Shown: piece by piece, positions 25,111-37,199 of the stretch | Numbering within the stretch: the stretch's first letter is position 1 | Layout: each line of letters opens with the position of its first letter | Notes under the pieces: generated by a model | Databases searched by the model: none | Told to the model about the DNA's origin: nothing | Seen by the model: only the letters and a program-made list of their open reading frames with translations | Translations under genes and position numbers: made by a program | From: Podarcis filfolensis | Lineage: Eukaryota | Assembly (NCBI GenBank): GCA_964270895.1 | Contig: OZ185439.1 | Reading direction: 5' to 3' (one strand) | DNA: 64,000 nucleotides

Positions 25111-25510
25111 CTGATGGAAGGAACAAAAAGGTTATAGGGAGGTAGCAGAGAAATTTAACCAGAAGCTGTTTCTCTTAAAATAAGAAGTGGGAATGTTGTT
25201 CCATTCTATGCTTGCTCAACAAATGCCAAATTTAAGGAGACAGCCATCCAAATCATACTCAGGAGCAGAACCACTGAACTCAATAGACTTAAGTCAATCT
25301 TTTTACATTGCTCTACTAAGAGTATAATCAAAATTGGATATCAGGCTTAGTGTTTTAAAACTATCTGCTGCTCAGTTCTACAAACGTTAACTCAAGGTGT
25401 TCAATGGGGCTCTCTCAAAAATGTATACACAGGATTAAAACTCTAATTAGCCATAGCTACACAAACTTGATCATATATTTTTGCTAGGAGATATGGAACA
25501 GCAGATACTG

Positions 25511-25578
25511 GTAAACAAAACAAAATGTTTAAGTGACTCTAGCAGTAAACAAAACAAAATGTTTAAGTGACTCTAGCA
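25511..25578. repeat. Perfect 34-bp tandem duplication
   Basis: gtaaacaaaacaaaatgtttaagtgactctagca occurs at 25511-25544 and 25545-25578. Confidence 0.95.
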
Positions 25579-25797
25579 GTGTGTTTGAGTCAGAAACAGA
25601 AATGGCAGTTGTCCACGTTAGTGACAGCCCAAACCTATGCATTTTTAATCATAAACCCCACCAAGATCAACAGAACTTCTAAGTAGGTGTTCATAGTAGT
25701 ATTGCAGCCATAATTACACGATTAATTAAAAAGCAAACCCCAAGAGGAATAGTTATGGACAATTTTGCTCACAACACAAGCATTCTTGGCTAGTTAC

Positions 25798-26100
25798 CTG
25801 ATGTCTTGGTTTCAGTTTGTGGCTGTTGAGCACCCATTGGTGCAGTCTGAAGACCCTGTGTGCCAATTGGGGCAGCTGGATGTAGCCCTTGGGTTCCAAT
25901 TGGCGCAGACTGTATTCCTTGTGCACTGATGGGTGCTGGTTGTATACCCTGTGCACCAATTGGCGCAGACTGGATGCCCTGAATATGACGGGCATGAGAT
26001 GCATCCACTGTCATCAGCTGCATGGGATTAAGATGAACTGTGGAGGCCACTCCTACTCCAGTCTGAGCTGCTATGGCAGAATTTGGCGCCTGAGCTGAAA
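25798..26100 (-). CDS. SAP130: SAP130 exon 13 (VSAQAPNSAIAAQTGVG...QGIQ(S/P)API repeats...TETKTS)
   Basis: ccag|TT ... G|gtaact; 303 nt. Confidence 0.96.
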
Positions 26101-27371
26101 CTGGAAATACCAAACAATAGACTTAATTACTTCCACACAAAACAGCCAATTTATTATCTTGTGTTGCCAAGCAGCATTGTTAGATTTTGTATTTAAATAC
26201 TTGTAGTTTATGCACACATCTGTGGTCCTGCTGAAGATGCCAACAGATTAAATAAGATTCATAAGCCAGCCCTTCCAGCATTATGTTTCTACAGCAGCAA
26301 CACTGGCTTCATAATGCTAAAGCTGAATTATAATAATCCTCATGAGCGCTGCTGAGGTTATATATGCAAAGAAAAAGATCTATTCCAATACTCCAAAGAA
26401 AACATATGGCCCTTTCACAGCTAGGGTCTAGCTATAACAAGTTTTCTGATTAGCTGAAGTAATTTAGAAGAGGTTATTACTGGATATTCCAATAGTTTGG
26501 AATAGAGCAGCTGAATGCTGTAAACATGGAGCTCATGTAATACAATGGCTGAGAACACAAAGCAGAGACTTGCCAGTTAAACTTTCACCTCAATTGCCAA
26601 GTAATTAGAAGTTATTTCACATTGTCAGTCCTGGTTTGGAGAGTTTGCACAAACCACAATTTGCCAATTTAGATTTAACAGCAAACCCCTGTTTCCAAAA
26701 ACAACAGGACACCCAAGAGAAGGGTGGAAGAGGACTGTCAGGAGGATTTTTGTTATTGTTTGTAGCAGTAGCCATTGTAATACAAATCACAAGAAACAAA
26801 CAAGTCAATTTGAGAGTAATTACAAAATACCAATTTTTCAGAACAGCAAATCACCAAAACTTAAAAACTGCAGAATTCCCCAAATAATTTAGATTAAAAA
26901 TTCCCCTTGGCAGTCACTATGTTTGGGGGTCAAAAAAGACCGTATGTGGTAGCCACCAAAGTAGTTCTGTTGGCACAAAGAGCTCTAGCTGTGCAATGGT
27001 ATTTCCTCTCCTTCTCGGCCCCCTGTTCACCCCCCTGTATTTTCTGGGGATTCCCCCAATTCTCCTGAGCAGATTTGGAGAGGGCACAGGGAAGAGGAGA
27101 GGGAAAGGAAAACCCACTGCGAAGCCAGAAGTTTTTAGCAAAATAACTAACATCCTTTGCTGATCTGCTTCATCATTATCTTGACTTGAGCAAGCTTTGC
27201 AGAGAGGGATTTTTAACTATTTAAATATTAAATTTGCCAGATAACCTTTGCTTGTTTCCCAAAGTACTTTGGAACCCCACTTTGAACTTAAAAAAGAAAA
27301 GTTTATGCAGAAAGCTCATTTATGTAGCTGCTCTAAAACTCTTCTGTAAATCAAACTTTGAGATTCCTTAC

Positions 27372-27490
27372 CAGGATATTGGCGTATAGTGGATACAGAG
27401 CTGGTAATTGGTGTGTAAGTGTGGGCAGCCAAAGGGTAAGGAGGTGGATATGTTGGTAAGAAGTACTGGAATTGAACAGGTACTGACTGT
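27372..27490 (-). CDS. SAP130: SAP130 exon 12 (QSVPVQFQYFLPTYPPPYPLAAHTYTPITSSVSTIRQYP)
   Basis: ctag|A ... G|gtaagg; 119 nt. Confidence 0.96.
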
Positions 27491-27690
27491 CTAGAGGAAT
27501 GAAGATAAATTAAATGTTAGACACAACAGTATAATTGTAGCCTTCAAATGAACTGTAGCAGTCATTGTTAATTAACCTTTGTTGCAATGCAATCGACTGT
27601 CCTGGTCTGCTAGCTTCTTTGTGGGCCATCACATTTACCTACTTGGAAGGACACCCAAAAAGCTTCCAAATTCAAACCCTCTCTCTATAC

Positions 27691-28185
27691 CAGGGGTCTG
27701 CAACCTTTAAGACAAAAAGAGCCACTTGGACCCGTTTCCGAAGAAAAAACAACTGGGAGCCGCAAAACTCGTCATGATAAAAATAACTTTTTTGTCACTT
27801 TTTTATTATTTCTTTGTTTGACCCCTCAGAATTACTCCTCCTCATAGAAATAAACGTTAAATTAACAAGTTACCTTTTTGTGTGTGTGTGTGTTCTTCAT
27901 TCCCCTTCAAAACAGTGACCAGCGTACATGCCCCCTTTCAATGCAATGACCAGCGTAAGTGCCCCTTACAATGTAGCGGGCGGGCGGGAAGGTGACGTCG
28001 GGACGGTGCGTGACTAACGCACGCACCGCCCCCATGCAACGTCACAGCCAGTACAGCGCCTGCCACAGTGGGGAGTGTCGGGGCGCACAATGCGCCTCCT
28101 CCCCTCGCTAGTATCTGCCCCAGAGCCACGGCAAAGGTGTAAAAGAGCCACATGTGGCTCCGGAGCCGCAGGTTGCAGACCCCTG
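27691..28185. mobile_element. Non-autonomous hAT DNA transposon (MITE), 495 bp, intact
   Basis: Perfect 16-bp TIRs CAGGGGTCTGCAACCT / AGGTTGCAGACCCCTG and perfect 8-bp TSD ctctatac (27683-27690 and 28186-28193). Confidence 0.95.
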
Positions 28186-28618
28186 CTCTATACCCTGACA
28201 ATGTTGAACAGTATAATTCAATAAAGAGTAAACAGAAGAAGTGAAGTGAAAGAGTTTCTACATTTGCACATACTTCATGTCACTATGTAGTCTGTTTGTA
28301 AAACATGTATACACCTGACACTATTTCCACTTCTTAACAATGCAGCTCTTTTCCCTTCATGTATAGCTGCCCTGAAATGCAGGAGAATGCAGAATTTGAC
28401 ATGCAGCATTATTTGCTCCTCAAGAACCTGACAATTCCCTGAATCCACACCCTTTTAAACAAACTGTAGAATTTGAAGAGCACTGTCCATAACTCACAGA
28501 ACTGGAAGCATAAATTGTGGCTTGGTTACCTAGATGTCTTTTCAGCCCGATTGGTTCAAATCAATCCAAAATCACAAGCGCTTCTTTCATCAGAAATATG
28601 CAAAGTCTTAGCGGGCGC

Positions 28619-28699
28619 AATCCTATGCACATCTATTCAGAAACAATCTTACCAAGTTCAACTGGGCTTACTCTCAGATATGTGTGCGCATAGGATTAG
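28619..28699. repeat. Short hairpin-like interspersed repeat (aatcctatgcac...gcataggatt family); related copies near 12750-12920, 35940-36030, 52410-52470 and 54965-55020
   Basis: Inverted ends aatcctatgc / gcataggatt with a shared core (ttactc.gaagtaagtcccact) seen several times in the window. Confidence 0.55.
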
Positions 28700-28835
28700 C
28701 TTTGGATACTGAAGTTAACTGAGAGATCAAAACACATTTCATTATATTTTTGCAGATGTCCTCACGTATAACATACATGCAATATAACCAAGATGATTAA
28801 GTACCTATCCTATGTGAGTAAATTCGTTCAGTTAC

Positions 28836-28977
28836 CTGTTATCATTTCTAGCTTCCATGGCAACTGGGTTTGGAGATGCCCGGTGCCCAGATATAGGAAT
28901 GAGATTACTCCTCTCTGCAGTGTAATCAGACTGGATGCGAGGGGAAGTGTGCGTAATTTGCTGTGGGACTACTTTAG
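28836..28977 (-). CDS. SAP130: SAP130 exon 11 (AKVVPQQITHTSPRIQSDY...PVAMEARNDN)
   Basis: acag|CT ... AG|gtaact; 142 nt. Confidence 0.96.
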
Positions 28978-29457
28978 CTGTACAGTGAAAAAAGACATCC
29001 CAGTTATTCACAAAGTAAACTGTAGTAGATTCATACTAGGAAACAGATACTGATTGTTCCTTTGCTGGAGCAAGATGCACTCCCAACCTCCATTCAACTG
29101 GTGGGTAGGAGGAGCATGGCTTGCTCAAGGAGGGGAACCTGCTTCTCCTGCCCAGAACTACTGTTTGAAGCCACCCAGTGCGGCTACTTTTCACCTTTAA
29201 CAAGACGGGTGGAAAGGAGCAGCGCAGGGAGGGTTGCAAAGCACAGGGCTGACAACACCCGTTGTGCTGTAGTTCTCAAGCTTGGAAACCCCACACAAGG
29301 GGTTTCAGCAGGTAGGTGGGACCAGACACCTGTCAAAGTTGCCCTGTGGGAAGCAAAGAAGTTTCCTCACCCCTGATGTACCTAGTCCATTCTGCCCCAG
29401 CAGAAAATAAAATGATAGATCAAAGGACAATGAAGCTCAGAACTAATGCTCTCTTAC

Positions 29458-29562
29458 CGACAGGGATGTTTGAGGTGGTCACAGCCGTTGCATGGGAGGA
29501 GTGTGAGGGCATAGTCACTGTGACAATTGTACTTGTAGGTGCTTGAGTGTGGGATACAGAAC
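29458..29562 (-). CDS. SAP130: SAP130 exon 10 (SVSHTQAPTSTIVTVTMPSHSSHATAVTTSNIPV)
   Basis: tcag|GT ... G|gtaaga; 105 nt. Confidence 0.96.
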
Positions 29563-29818
29563 CTGAAAGGAAGAAAGGTGCACACACAATTAAAACATTC
29601 TTCAGAGTCTGTGCCTTTGACAGAAAATGTATATCACTTCTAAGCTGGGAAATTTCTGTTGCTCCTTGTAGAACAGCTAGACCCCTAGCCTGCTCCTGCA
29701 GTAACTGGGGTAGTGTTTTCCATGTGTGCCTAGCCTCCAAAATCACATGTTAAAATCATATACTAATTTTATTGCACAACCCAATAATTATGAGAAATAA
29801 AGGGCTTTTTTTTAACAG

Positions 29819-30149
29819 GGTAAAGGTAAAGGGACCCCTGACCATTAGGTCCAGTCGTGACCGACTCTGGGGTTGCGGCGCTCATCTCGCTCTATAGGCC
29901 GAGGGAGCCAGCATTTGTCTGCAGACAGCTTCCGGGTCATGTGGCCAGCATGACTAAGCTGCTTCTGGTGAACCAGAGCAGCGCACGGAAACGCCGTTTA
30001 CCTTCCTGCTGGAGCAGTACCTATTTATCTACTTGCAGAAGCTGGGACCGAACAACGGGAGCTCACCCCGTCGCGGGGATTCGAACCGCCAACCTTCTGA
30101 TTGGCAAGCCCTAGGCTCTGTGGTTTAGACCACAGCGCCACCTGCGTCC
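29819..30149 (-). mobile_element. Near full-length Sauria SINE (Squam1-type)
   Basis: On the - strand: tRNA-like head GGACGCAGGTGGCGCTGTGG (A box) and GGTTCGAATCC (B box), body, and a (TTTACC)n tail. Confidence 0.93.
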
Positions 30150-30238
30150 TTTAGCAGGATACTTCAACCCTAATAACTGGCTTTTGTATTTGTACATAAA
30201 AATTTGTACATAAAAAATGCTGAGCTGTAGATACTCAC

Positions 30239-30329
30239 CAGCTGTAGTTGCCGAAGGAATGGTATTGGTTGCTAAAATAGGGGCCACAGTTGCTGCTGCC
30301 ACTGGAGCACCAGTACTAAATATTGTTTT
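30239..30329 (-). CDS. SAP130: SAP130 exon 9 (KTIFSTGAPVAAATVAPILATNTIPSATTA)
   Basis: gcag|AAA ... G|gtgagt; 91 nt. Confidence 0.96.
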
Positions 30330-30882
30330 CTGCAGGGGGGAAAAAGTTGTCTGTCAAGAAACCATGATTGGCATATTTCGGCATCTTGGAACAGAGATGG
30401 CACGTCCCCCAATCTGATGCTTTACAAAGGAGCGGGAGTAGATGGGCTCCCATTGTTGGTCTAAGTGACCAGCTCACGAGAGTCCCCAAGCTAGCTAGAC
30501 TATCAGCCACAGCACAGCAGGATGCCATGAACCAACAGGGCTTTTTAAGCCTCTTACAGCAACACCAGAGGACTGAGCAAAAGAAAGATGCTAGGTATAT
30601 CAAACACCAAGTAGAAAAGCAGCAGCCTAGAAGAGGAAAGGAAGGGTAGACTTGCTTGGCAGATTAAAGAAAGCAAGGAGGCAGACTGTGTTCCCGAAAG
30701 GAAAAAAGCTCCAGACTTAGGAATGGAGGATTGTGGGTTGGAAGTTTCCCAACCCCTGTCCAGGCCAACAATATGTTTCATGCTATGTCATGAAACCTCA
30801 TTCAACTACCTTATAAAACCATATGGTAAAAGTCAGACAACAACATGGAAGAAACTGCGCTGATCTCACTTATAATATTTAC

Positions 30883-31033
30883 CTGAGCCATGGTGTGAAG
30901 CTGCTGTTTCTGTGTTCCTATGGCTGGATGGGACGGCAGGGTAATTCTGGTTGCTGTATCTCGTGGCTGTGCAGGGCGCTGAATACTGATAGGTGCAGAA
31001 GGTGGGTGCTGCTGAATTGACAATGTTGGCCGG
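30883..31033 (-). CDS. SAP130: SAP130 exon 8 (RPTLSIQQHPPSAPISIQRPAQ...KQQLHTMAQ)
   Basis: ccag|C ... CAG|gtaaat; 151 nt. Confidence 0.96.
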
Positions 31034-31487
31034 CTGGAAAAGACAACCTAAGGTTCTTTTTCTGAAAGCACTTAACAGTCCGTCGACTCATTTTATGAAG
31101 AGACACCACAATGGAGCTTAGAATGGCTTCTTACTGTGCATTACATGAATTAATGCACCAACAGCATTTCTTCTGGACAGTTCAATCAATGCTGTTTCAC
31201 ATTATATGGCCACCATGTGAAAGGGTGCTTAGCTGCATAGCAAGATACTGCACACAGAATGGCTCCTTTCATGGAGCAGCTGCCTAGGGAGGCCGTTTGA
31301 AGCAGCTCCCATTAGATGGCCATATTGTGTAAAGTGGCCCTCAGTTAAATCACCGAATGTACCTTTTTTTATTTAAGAAAGCAATCCCAAGAAACATTTA
31401 CTAGGGAGTAAGCTCCACTGAGCACAGAGTGACTCACTTCCAAATAAACGTATCTATGATTATACTGTTAATGGATGTAGTGGTTAC

Positions 31488-31612
31488 CTGAGGGTAGCTT
31501 CTGTGGCATGTGTTGTCGTTGTTGTAATAACGGGTGATTGGGCCCTCGTGGCCGACACTGTTGCTACTACAGCAGGAGGGATGGTACTTGAAGTTGTCAC
31601 AGGAGGCCGGGA
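31488..31612 (-). CDS. SAP130: SAP130 exon 7 (SRPPVTTSSTIPPAVVATVSATRAQSPVITTTTTHATEATL)
   Basis: acag|TCC ... AG|gtaacc; 125 nt. Confidence 0.96.
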
Positions 31613-32306
31613 CTGTGGTAGGTAAGGAAAAAGTATTACATTAGAGCTTTCAACCAATAATTTAAAAAAATTATTCACTGCCTAAATGTAAAGAAATTAC
31701 ACATAGCAAAACTTTGTAAAAATGGACCTCTGAGTCTCCTAAGGGTCAGATAATTTGATTGCCAGACACATTTTTCTCCCTTAGCAATATGTAGATCATT
31801 TTTGTAAACATATTATAAAGAAAAACTGTTGGCAACCTTACAAACTAGGAACTATTTTACATATGCACAGAGCTTGGCATGGTAGGCTCCACAACTGTGC
31901 TTGCACCACAATGAGCTCCCTGCTGCCTTGCTCATCTCCCTTAATAACTGGCAGCGAAGTGCAGCACTGGGAAGTCAGGAAAGCAATGCAGCCCCACCTG
32001 TGCCAGCCACTACTGCACACAAATGGAGCTAAAAGCCAACCAACCATCAACAACAGGGCTTCAAACAAAATGGAAACCTCTTAACTGGGGGAGTTAATCT
32101 GAAGTTCACTCTTTGGATAATATTATTAGTTTGCTCACTTTACAGGTTTTTTAAATCTTGGCCTGCAATGCTGAAGAATTTGAGTCACAAGAACCAGTTG
32201 TCAGATTTCACAGTTCATTTAACGATGTAAGTGGTTTCCCACTTAAGAAAAGCCCAAAAGTATCTGAAAGCAACAACAACAATCATACTGCACAATTGTC
32301 ACCTGC

Positions 32307-32431
32307 CTGGATAGGTTGATGAATGATGTGCTGAACTGCTGGTTGAGCTGTCGCTGCATTTGGCAACTGTGAAGCTGGCCTCAGGACAGTTGTCACTTTA
32401 GAACTGGACATCACAGCAGCAGCTGCTGCAC
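32307..32431 (-). CDS. SAP130: SAP130 exon 6 (AAAAAVMSSSKVTTVLRPASQLPNAATAQPAVQHIIHQPIQ), GC donor
   Basis: tcag|GT at 32431; the frame is kept only if the donor is CAG|gcaggt at 32307; 125 nt. Confidence 0.92.
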
Positions 32432-32917
32432 CTGAGGAAAATACCATGTAAAACTGAGACCACCATTAAGACAGTCCACTTTTCAAAAAGTGTTAGAGCA
32501 GCCACGACTCTTTATACATGACACAAAGAATTAAGAGTGCTATTAGTAGTGCTGGCTAAACAAAGCAATTTGCATAAAATAAAGAAAAAGTGGTAACATC
32601 AACCAGGGTTGTATAGTTGCAATATCCCTCAGCTGCATAAACCATCGAGAGAATAGGCTGTGGAGCTGTATGCTCCCTCCTCCCTTCAGATGCATGAAGT
32701 TTCTCCAGCTGGCTTGAACTGCAGATTATTTTACAGGGATATTGAATTGAGCCTAATCTCTTGAACAGGACTTGAAGTCAATTTGTCAACCCTGGTATAT
32801 AAACAATCTGGCTCATCTGAACTGCAGTTGACACCAGTATTAATGTTAACTGCAGTTAGAGATGGTGGATTTGCCCAGATTGTAGACGGCATGTGATCCA
32901 CAGCATATCCTAAAAAA

Positions 32918-33059
32918 GGGGCAGCCAACATGGTGTCCTCCAAATGTTGCTGGACTACAACTCCCATCAACCCTGCCCACTGGTTGAGCTGTTGGCCTTG
33001 CTGGCTATGGATGAGATTTGTAGTCAACAATGTCTGAAGGACACCACATTGGCTACCCG
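32918..33059. mobile_element. Palindromic MITE (actacaactcccatca family), decayed
   Basis: Inverted ends gcagccaacatggtgtcctccaaatgttg..gactacaa / ttgtagtcaacaatgtctgaaggacaccacattggctac. Confidence 0.72.
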
Positions 33060-33310
33060 TCCTAAAACATATGTGGGGTGGTGTTGTTTTTTTTAAAAAA
33101 GGATCAGCACACCATATTCTACTGTAACCCTAATTATACCCTACACTTTCCCAAGACCAAGAAGCTAAAAATAGTTACTTTAGATTGCAGCCATTATCTT
33201 TATAGCTACTCTACCAAGGTATTGACGCATGCATTAACCACAGTATAAACATTGTCCAGAATAAGTTTATTAACATAATACTTTCTTGGGATGATTGATT
33301 CTGTAAGTAC

Positions 33311-33422
33311 CTCGAGGTAAGTGAGATGCTCCAATGTGTAATGGTGGTCCAGGAGCACTACTTCGGATTATTGACATCTGAACATTGGTTGTCATGATAT
33401 GGTGCACATTGCTGGGATGTCC
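33311..33422 (-). CDS. SAP130: SAP130 exon 5 (GHPSNVHHIMTTNVQMSIIRSSAPGPPLHIGASHLPR)
   Basis: gcag|GGA ... G|gtactt; 112 nt. Confidence 0.96.
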
Positions 33423-33655
33423 CTGCAGACAGTAACAGATTGTGTGTGGGGAAATCGTCTAGATGTAATTTACAAGAAAGGCTTCATATACAACCACACA
33501 CTACAGTTAAGCCGTTTGAAAGTACAGGTTAGATATGAATTATTATGGTAGGAGATACAAACCAAGACTGTGGCTACTGTGGTTCACAGTGCTTCATTTG
33601 CTTTCCATGACTTTAAACAAACAAAAAAGTTACTTTAGAAGAAGAAAATGATTAC

Positions 33656-33814
33656 CTGTTGTCCACTGATTGTTGCTACGGGAATAGCAGAGGCCTGTGG
33701 GATGCTGCTCTCCATTGTTACAGTAACTTGCCCTGGGACTTTGGTGGGGCAGGAGAGAGGAGAGGGTGGAGCTGGTGCAATAGGGCGGCTAGGGATGGTA
33801 GGCTTCAGGGGAGG
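33656..33814 (-). CDS. SAP130: SAP130 exon 4 (PPLKPTIPSRPIAPAPPSP...IPVATISGQQ)
   Basis: gcag|CCT ... CAG|gtaatc; 159 nt. Confidence 0.96.
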
Positions 33815-35144
33815 CTGCAAAGAACATAAAGATACAACTACTGGTTCTTAGAAATTTGTGGCAACAGAACAAATAAAAATAACACAAGTATGCACCAGTT
33901 ATCTTACCCTGAGGGGAAAAGAAAACCTGTAACAAACTTACTGGTAGCCACAATCTAATTAAATTATTCTGAATTTTTCTATACACATTATTCCTCAGAA
34001 GAGAATCATATGAAAAGATGAATCTTTGTGCAATAATATTGCTTTCTTAAGATCAAGTAACTAGTACAAAAAGCTTTAATCTCGGAGACAGCTACTGGGA
34101 GTTAGCACACAAATAATTATACAGACAGAAAGACATACCCCATCAACCAATTTCCTTGAAACTTTTTGTAATCCTGCTCTCTCCCGCTTAACAAAAATTA
34201 GGTCCAGGGTTTGAAATTATGCAACTCCCTACTGGTTGCGCTGGAACAGAGACAGTCAACTCTCAAAACCTGTGGGGCTGTGTTTTCTCTAAGCCAAACT
34301 GTTTAGGATTAGGATTACCAATGATTATCATTTCACTACCAGCCTCTGTGTACGGGGAAGATGATGCAAGGGACAAGATGCCTCTTTCCAATTAACTACG
34401 GTGAACCTCTTCCTCCTCCGACCGTTCTTATTCATGCATGGCAAAGAGAAGCCTTCAGCAACTGGTACCCTCCAGATGTTTTGTACCACAACTTCCATTA
34501 GCCCCAGCCAGCACAGATGACAATTAGAATGCTCTTGCAAGGGCATGACCAGTGTGCCCAGCAATTTTTAGGAAGAATTTAGTAGCATTTTAAAGAGATG
34601 GGCAGTAGGATATTTTGACTGAGTTTTTCATAGATCCACAGAGTCGAAAAGGACCTGAAAACATCACATAGACCCCCTGCTAATGCAGAAAATTAGCTGC
34701 TATAGCATAACTGTTAGCTTACCAGCCTCTGCTTTAAAACATCTAACAAGGAGGGTCCACCATCTTCGGAGGCACAGTTTGTACCAATGGGGAGCATTTC
34801 CTTGTAATTTCACCCTATTGGTTCAAGTCCTACCCCTCTGGCATAACAGAAAACATATTTGCTCCATCACTGTGAACATCCACATGTACTAGTCCAGTCC
34901 CTTGTCAGACTGCCTTCAATGGTAAAGGTTTCAGTAGATTTTTTTAGAAAGCATCAGATAACAGTATTCAACCTTCTCTGTCCCAGAGAATCAAAGGCAG
35001 TTGCAATATAGAAACAAGTACATGCTAAAATGAAGAGAAAGTTGTGCTTAAACTTAAATCTAGCCTGAGCTAACTTTGCCATTGCATTAAATTAATGCTA
35101 TTAAATACCCCTATTCCATACTTGAAAAACAATGCTCTCATTAC

Positions 35145-35380
35145 CTTCATAAGACCTTCAGAAAAAGAAAGTGGCACTGCTGGAGCTAAATGTGCTGGAG
35201 GAGCTGCTACTGTAACTGGCACACCAGATTGTACCGTATGGTGCTGAGTCAACATTTGCACCTGCGGATATGGCCGGACTACCACTGTTTCCTGCTTCTC
35301 TTCACGGGACTGCAGAGAGCCACCAGGGACCACATGATCTCTGGGAGCAACTTCCATTTCTCGGCTGGGTTCATCACTCA
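35145..35380 (-). CDS. SAP130: SAP130 exon 3 (VSDEPSREMEV...REEKQETVVVRPYPQVQM...PLSFSEGLMK)
   Basis: ttag|TG ... AAG|gtaatg; 236 nt. Confidence 0.96.
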
Positions 35381-35523
35381 CTAAATAGAAAAATGTATGA
35401 CATTTTAGAAAGAAAACAGGACTAGAAACAGGCAAGGCACAGGAATGCTATATTTGATTTCTATGGAACTTACTTCCAAAAAAGTATACTGAAGTCTTAG
35501 TAGAAATCCTGTAGTTGCCTTAC

Positions 35524-35635
35524 CTGTAGTTGTTGGGTTTATCAATCCAGTAGATCCACCGGTAGAGATCGGAGGAGGAGCTGGTCCTAGACTTGCAGGA
35601 GGAGGTCCTGAACGGGGAAACTGCTGAGAACTCAT
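35524..35635 (-). CDS. SAP130: SAP130 exon 2, start codon (MSSQQFPRSGPPPASLG...GLINPTTT)
   Basis: Acceptor catag|GTGGAA at 35641, ATG at 35635, donor G|gtaagg; 112 coding nt. The whole chain is 3171 nt with no internal stop. Confidence 0.95.
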
Positions 35636-37199
35636 TTCCACCTATGGAACACACAGAATTACAAATAATTCATACATCCACATTACTGAAGCCCTTGTTA
35701 CTGAGGAATCCCAGCAAATTCAGTTAGGTTACATATGTTTGCACAGAGTAGCTACTGACAAATTATATGCAAGCTCTCCATCTGGTTAAAATCCAAAATA
35801 CAAACAGTTCAACCAAGTTCAATAACTTAATAAACAAATGTTGGTGCGTTAATATACTGAAATATAAAAATAGTAACACAGGTTCAAGTGACAACCACCA
35901 CGTGCAAATAATAAAGTAGCAATACATAGGCCTGGCACAAATCCAATGTTTACAGTGCCAACTTATGTTTGCTCAGAAATAAGTCCCACTGTGTTCAATG
36001 AATCTTACTCCCAGAACTGTGTACAGAGGATATTAACCTTTCAACATTTTGACGTTAGGACTTCTCTACTAACTATCTGAAAAAAATTCAGGGCTATAAT
36101 TAACTTATGAAATTAAGACTCAATATTAGCATTAGTAATATCGGTAAGTAACAGTTGCTATGCAAACATCTGTGTAAGACACCTACGGTATATCAAAGTA
36201 TTTTAATCATGTACTGAACATCAATTAAACATACCATCAACTACACAAAACAAATATAGTTTAAAGATTATAGACCAGGGCAGAAATGCCTTAAATAAAT
36301 GAAATGATAGATGTAATTATCTCGTACTTTGTAAATGGCTATAATTCTCTATACTCTTTCCTCATGCAGTTCCAAAGGAGGTGAGGCTGGTATTAAATAC
36401 TAAAACTATATTGAAAGATTGCACATGTACACATGACAGTAAAGGTAATGATGAGCAACACAGCTGTCACACACAGGTACCCAAATGCAGTCAGAAAGAC
36501 TTAGCTAATTCTGTGCAACAGCTGAGCAAGCTACATAGAAACACTGAAAGTGACTATAAATGTAAAACCAGACCACTGATCTAATTATATCAGCATTGCT
36601 TACTTTACTGTCTCGTTTCCAAGATCTCAGGCAGAGGGCTTCCAAGCAACTCAAAACTTCTACACAAACTACTATATACTTCTGTTGACAGCAGCCATGC
36701 AGAAACCAGAGGAAGTGTTCAACTACGCAGAACAATACATCTACACTGAACAGCTAAGCATCTGCTGTGTACACTTACCAGAGAGAAAGCCCCACTTAAC
36801 AAAGAACTTATTCCCGAATAAGCAAATCTTGGGCTGCATAATGGAGTGTTAGGCGTTGGATCCTGACATCAGTACAGTAATCACATAAACCAGTTCTGAA
36901 CTCCAGCTCCCATCAGTGACAGCTGAAATGGCCAATTAGCAGGAGTGATGGGAGATAAAGTCAAACTGCACCTGGATGGTAGCAAGCTAGGGAAGACTAA
37001 ATCTGTCTTCACATCCTTCACGATCATAACTTCTACATCACCATCAACTCCAAAACCACTTTATGACACCGCAAGACAAATGTATTTCATGTGTTCGTCT
37101 CCCTCTTTTAACATCAATTGCAGGCAACACCTACAGTATCTCAAATACCTGCTTGGCAGCAGAACGCAGCTAGCATGAAGTCATCAGGGGTAATGACTG

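Noticed and set aside
29857-30114. 85-aa ORF, and similar ORFs at 14755, 44779-45153 and 46696-47302
   Set aside because: Wholly or largely within SINE or MITE copies.
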